DNA of 64,000 nt from Nitrosopumilus sp. (GTDB lineage Archaea > Thermoproteota > Nitrososphaeria > Nitrososphaerales > Nitrosopumilaceae), in contig CBDBLO010000002.1 of the NCBI GenBank assembly GCA_965207075.1, forward strand, positions 1,728,001 through 1,792,000, in the 5' to 3' direction. Below the pieces are notes generated by a model. That model had not been told where the DNA came from. It saw only the letters and a list, made by a program, of their open reading frames with translations, and did not search any database. Shown here piece by piece: positions 60,195 to 64,000 of this stretch. The translations under genes and the position numbers were made by a program. The stretch's first letter is position 1. Each line of letters starts with the position of its first letter.

Positions 60195-60853
60195 GTTTTT
60201 TTGTCACCCCGCAGCATGGACATGGCGCGCTCTTCGGCCTCACCAAACCGCCCGTCTCTTATTAACCGATCAACTGTACTGTCGGCCATCACGGCCTCCA
60301 GCAGGCGTCTGCGCTCGGCCTGCGTCTTTATGGCAGTCTTGGCGGCGCGCCGCACCGCGTCCTGTATGCGCATGTGCGCCACCTCGCGGGAAGTGATCAC
60401 GCCGCGGAGCACGGACTCGGCCTTCTGGCATATCTGCTTTGAGACGGCAGGGCTCCGGCCCCCCGTGGACACTGCAACGGTTATCCCCCCCTCAATCCGC
60501 ATGACCGACGGGTGGGAAAAGTCGCTCAGGGCAGAGTCATCGGACCTGTATCCGAGGATGCCCCTCGAGCGGGCAGCGGAGACCGCCATGCCGTTGACTT
60601 TTGGATCATCCGTTGCGGCGACCACGACGGACGGCCCGTACCGGTCAAGAAACGAGCTGTCCGCCACGTCGCTCTCCTCCAGGGTGACGGCGTCGTCAGC
60701 TGACCATTTCCTGATCGCGTCTGACGCGGAGGCCGACAGCACCACGATGCGGCGGCAGCCCTCCTGCAAGAGCGCGTTGACCCGCCGCTCTGCCTGGGCC
60801 CCGCCTCCTATCACCACCACCGTCCTGTCCGTCACGTCAAGATCTATTATCAC
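60191..60853 (-). CDS. Precorrin-2 dehydrogenase / siroheme synthase N-terminal (SirC/Met8-like)
   Basis: VVVIGGG..A.RR, AATDD..VN, SDF..P, AVSTGG.SP. Confidence 0.92.
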   Translation of the reverse strand: MIIDLDVTDRTVVVIGGGAQAERRVNALLQEGCRRIVVLSASASDAIRKWSADDAVTLEESDVADSSFLDRYGPSVVVAATDDPKVNGMAVSAARSRGILGYRSDDSALSDFSHPSVMRIEGGITVAVSTGGRSPAVSKQICQKAESVLRGVITSREVAHMRIQDAVRRAAKTAIKTQAERRRLLEAVMADSTVDRLIRDGRFGEAEERAMSMLRGDKKT

Positions 60854-61115
60854 GCGTATGATGATGCGCCAGAGTTATTTATTTACAGCCGGACGGCGTG
60901 CCGGTACGGCCTGTGCGCCGCCGGCATGCGCACTGCGCCGTGTTTGCCATCCGTTGCCTGTGCGCGCGGCGGCGACGCGGCCGGTTGCAAGCCAGCGGCT
61001 CGTACGAGGTGGGCGTGGGTAGGGGCGGACGAGCGGGCGGAGCGTAACGCAGCAAGGCGGAGTAGAGCACAGGGCGCGCAGCCACAGCCGTCCGCGTGCA
61101 GTCAGGGCATGCGGC

Positions 61116-62219
61116 ATGGCTACACTTTTAATCAATATCATGCAACGGCGCCCGTTGACAGGCAACGAGATGGACAACCTCGACATGGAGCTGCTAAACG
61201 AGATCCAGTGGACGTTCCCGCTTGTGAGCCGCCCGTTTGACGCCATGGCAGAAAAGTTTGGCGTCACCCCCGACGCCATAAAGGACAGGCTCACCGGCCT
61301 CAAAAAGTCCGGCGTACTGAGGCAGCTGAGCGCCATATTTGACACCCGCCGGCTCGGATACACAAGCTCGCTTGTGGCCATGGAGATAGAGCCCGGGCGC
61401 CTCGAGCATGTGGCGCGGCAGATAAACCGCCACCCGGGCGTGAGCCACAACTACGAGCGGGACCACGAGTTCAACCTGTGGTTTACGCTGGCAGTCCCCC
61501 CCGGCTCGAGCCTCAAGGACGAGCTAGACAAGTTTGCGGGCCTCGACGGCATCCGCAGGGTCAGGATGCTGCCCACCCTGCAGCTCTTCAAGATCGGCGT
61601 AAAGCTCGACATGGTAGACGACAAAAAGCACGAGGTCGCCCCCACCGAGAAAAAGAAGGAGATCAGAAGCGTCGAATTTGAGCCGACTGAGCGCGACAAG
61701 GAGTTTGTCAGAGAGCTTCAAAAGGACATGGACATAATCGACGAGCCGTTTGCCAGGGCCGCGGAAAACCTAGGCGTGACGGAGAACGAGCTGTTCGAGA
61801 AGATGAAATGGTACGAGGAGATCGGCGTGATGAGGAGGTTTGCGGCCATACTCAGGCACAGGCAGGCGGGGTTCTCGGCAAACGGCATGATCGTGTGGAA
61901 GGTTCCAGAGGGACGCATAGAAGAGGTCGGCGCAAAGCTGGGCGCGTTTCCGCAGGTCAGCCACTGCTATGAGAGGCCCACCTACAAGGACTGGCCCTAC
62001 AACGTGTTTTCCATGATACACTGCAAGACAGAGTCCGAGGCGCGCGACATGGCGCGGCAGATACAGGGCCAGGTAGGGGTCGACGAGTACACCATACTGT
62101 TCAGCTCAAGGGAGTTCAAAAAGACGCGCGTAGAGTACTTTGTAGAGCACGAGTTCAGGCCGGATGCGGCGCGTGCAGGAGAGCGGAAAGAAGAGATGCT
62201 CAGCGCCCCGCGGCCCTGA
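61116..62219 (+). CDS. Siroheme decarboxylase AhbA/AhbB fusion (NirDL-like, Lrp/AsnC fold)
   Basis: Two halves with VSHNY.R..NLWFT and VSHCY.RP...WPYN.F.M.H; heme gene context; start may be up to 54 nt downstream. Confidence 0.9.
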   Translation: MATLLINIMQRRPLTGNEMDNLDMELLNEIQWTFPLVSRPFDAMAEKFGVTPDAIKDRLTGLKKSGVLRQLSAIFDTRRLGYTSSLVAMEIEPGRLEHVARQINRHPGVSHNYERDHEFNLWFTLAVPPGSSLKDELDKFAGLDGIRRVRMLPTLQLFKIGVKLDMVDDKKHEVAPTEKKKEIRSVEFEPTERDKEFVRELQKDMDIIDEPFARAAENLGVTENELFEKMKWYEEIGVMRRFAAILRHRQAGFSANGMIVWKVPEGRIEEVGAKLGAFPQVSHCYERPTYKDWPYNVFSMIHCKTESEARDMARQIQGQVGVDEYTILFSSREFKKTRVEYFVEHEFRPDAARAGERKEEMLSAPRP

Positions 62220-62247
62220 GGGCTGCCGGCGGCCATCCACTCCAGGA

Positions 62248-62679
62248 TTACTCGTTTGGGTCGTGCCCCACCACGTGCACACGGCACAGGTACTGGTCGT
62301 TCATGTGGCAGTAAAAGTCAGAAGGGTCACTGCATGCGGCGCACCGGGGCCTCTGATCCGCGCCCGACAGCGCGGTATGGTAGCTCTTGCGCGGCGCACC
62401 GGTCGCGGGCCGCCTGTATATGCGCGTCAGCCTTGCATAATACTCGGCCTCCGCGGCGCTGAGCGGCTCGTCTGCGCGCACCTTTCTTGAAATCTTGTCC
62501 CATTTTTTTGGGCGGCCTATGCGGGCGCCGTCCAGCTGCCTTATGGCGCCAAGCATTGCATCGCGCCTAGGCGTGGATGGGGATGACGGTACAGATGACG
62601 ATGGCGGCGGCCTCTGTTGCTGCGGCCCACGTCCCTGCTGCGGCTGCCGCTGTCGTCGCCGCCGCATCCGGTCAGCCAT
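62248..62679 (-). CDS. Hypothetical protein with C-terminal Zn-finger
   Basis: C..C.....YC.MNDQYLC..H...HD.NE. Confidence 0.7.
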   Translation of the reverse strand: MADRMRRRRQRQPQQGRGPQQQRPPPSSSVPSSPSTPRRDAMLGAIRQLDGARIGRPKKWDKISRKVRADEPLSAAEAEYYARLTRIYRRPATGAPRKSYHTALSGADQRPRCAACSDPSDFYCHMNDQYLCRVHVVGHDPNE

Positions 62680-62685
62680 GCCCCC

Positions 62686-63693
62686 TCATTCCGCGCCTGC
62701 CGCAGGTATGGTTGCCTTTAGCTCGTACTCTGGCCACGTGTCGTACAGCGCGCCGATTGCGCGCATGTCGGATTCCGGGATGTACCTGCCGTCGGCCATG
62801 CCCGCGTACGCGTCAATCTCGTCAAGCTCGGTCATCGTGGGCAGGACGGACGCAAACCCGCGCTTGCTCATTATGAACTTCATTGCAAGCTCCGTGATTG
62901 TCAGACCGTTACGGTCTGCAATGGGCCTGAGCTGCTCTACCTTCCGGAGCGACGCCTTTATCCACTGGCCCTTGCGCACCGAACGGTGATCCTTTTCGTC
63001 TATCTTGGTGTCCGCATTTACCTTGCCTGTCAGTATGCCGGAGGCCTCGGGCACCCTCACCAGGACGCCCATGTCCGCCTCCTCTGCGCGCCGCATCAGT
63101 TCGTTTCCAGGAGTCTGCTCCAGCACGTTGTATACGGTCTGGACCGCAGATACGCACGGGCGCCCCATGGCCTCCAACCCCTCGGCAGTCCAGCCTATGG
63201 CGGGCCCCAGAGCCACTTGGCACGTCCTGGCCAGGCCGTCGGACACCATGGACTCGAGCGTCTCAAAGACGGAGTCGTCGCGGATGTGGTGCAGCTTCGG
63301 GTTGTGCAGACCGTATACGTCCACGTGGTCCGTCTGCAGCCTCTCCAGGCTCGCCCTCAGCGCGCGCCTGGCAAAGTCCGCGTCAAAGCACTGCGGCAGC
63401 TCGGAGTGCCCGATCTGCTCTACGCCTGCAAAGTCATAGCCGAACTTTGTGGATATTACGACCTCGTCCCGCATCCCGGCAAACGCTTGTCCGATCAGCC
63501 TCTCGCTCTTGCCCTTGCCGTACATGTCGCCGGTCTCAAAGAAGTTGATCCCCACGTCGTACGCCTTTTTGAGCATCCTCAGGGCCTCGTCCTCCTCTAT
63601 CTTCTTGCCCCACCAGTCGAGCGCAATTGCCCACGCGCCGAACCCCAGCTCGGAGACCTTGATGTCTGACCTGCCGAGCCTGTTGTATCTCAT
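62686..63693 (-). CDS. Aldo/keto reductase
   Basis: LG.S.IKVSELGFG, GINFFET.D.YG.G.SE, ISTKFG, SLERL.TD..D.Y.LH. Confidence 0.95.
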   Translation of the reverse strand: MRYNRLGRSDIKVSELGFGAWAIALDWWGKKIEEDEALRMLKKAYDVGINFFETGDMYGKGKSERLIGQAFAGMRDEVVISTKFGYDFAGVEQIGHSELPQCFDADFARRALRASLERLQTDHVDVYGLHNPKLHHIRDDSVFETLESMVSDGLARTCQVALGPAIGWTAEGLEAMGRPCVSAVQTVYNVLEQTPGNELMRRAEEADMGVLVRVPEASGILTGKVNADTKIDEKDHRSVRKGQWIKASLRKVEQLRPIADRNGLTITELAMKFIMSKRGFASVLPTMTELDEIDAYAGMADGRYIPESDMRAIGALYDTWPEYELKATIPAAGAE

Positions 63694-63840
63694 GATGGTG
63701 GACGGGCGGGCTAGAAAATTTATGTCTAACCCGCCGCCGTCTTTGCTGCCGTCGCCGCCCCGGCGTGTGACCGCGCATGCCAGAGGCCTGGCACGTGCAG
63801 GCAGACCTGCCCATAAGCGCAAAAGGTGCGCGAAGCCGCG

Positions 63841-64000
63841 TCATCCCAGGCTGGAGATCAGCGGAATAATCTCCTTTCTGACGCACACTATCATGGGAAC
63901 ATCGTTCTTTACGTACGAGGAGACCTGCGTCTCACGCAGGTCCATTATCAGGTCCTGAAAGTCCCGTACGTCGTCCACCTCAAAGGCCAGCATAAAGTCA
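63841..64000 (-). CDS. Chlorite dismutase/HemQ family protein, C-terminal part
   Basis: DFMLAFEVDD..DFQDLIMDLRETQVS.YV..D.P; runs off the window end. Confidence 0.8.
   Translation of the reverse strand, partial: DFMLAFEVDDVRDFQDLIMDLRETQVSSYVKNDVPMIVCVRKEIIPLISSLG

Noticed and set aside
56197-64000. Novelty in the heme biosynthesis cluster
   Set aside because: Ordinary chromosomal hemB/hemA/siroheme/ahb neighbourhood; the long antisense ORFs here and throughout are high-GC shadows.

Overview
High-GC archaeal DNA, most consistent with a Nitrosopumilaceae (thaumarchaeal) genome: it has leaderless TATA promoters, an archaeal pilin, a TFB homologue and thaumarchaeal-type small proteins. About 1.5-56 kb looks like an integrated conjugative/pilus-encoding element: prepilin peptidase, ParB-like protein, TFB paralogue, TadC/FlaJ, class III pilin, VirB6-like, VirB11/TadA ATPase, VirD4/VirB4-like ATPase, actin/ParM-like ATPase, VirB2-like pilin, AbrB and RHH regulators and RelBE. 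No integrase, classical relaxase or att site was recognised. A lower-GC variable region of about 19.5 kb (~23.3-42.7 kb) carries defence cargo: Mrr, a YwbE-Schlafen fusion, DUF262-HNH, a complete dndBCDE-dndA phosphorothioation operon, an SNF2/YqhG-like/ParB/unknown/MBL block and a HEPN-like protein. From ~56.2 kb the window is chromosomal housekeeping: hemB, hemA, a siroheme-synthesis gene, an ahbAB-like gene, an aldo-keto reductase and a partial chlorite dismutase family gene. Most notable observations: (1) GCCTTTTAT lies exactly 27 nt before the start codons of four transfer genes, on an element that encodes its own TFB; (2) a palindromic site occurs twice at 5.3-5.5 kb and once inverted at 55.9 kb; (3) a hairpin- and repeat-rich origin-like region is followed by an 8x33-bp array; (4) the Dnd operon lacks recognisable DndFGH or Pbe effectors. 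All protein calls come from motif recognition by eye, without database searches.
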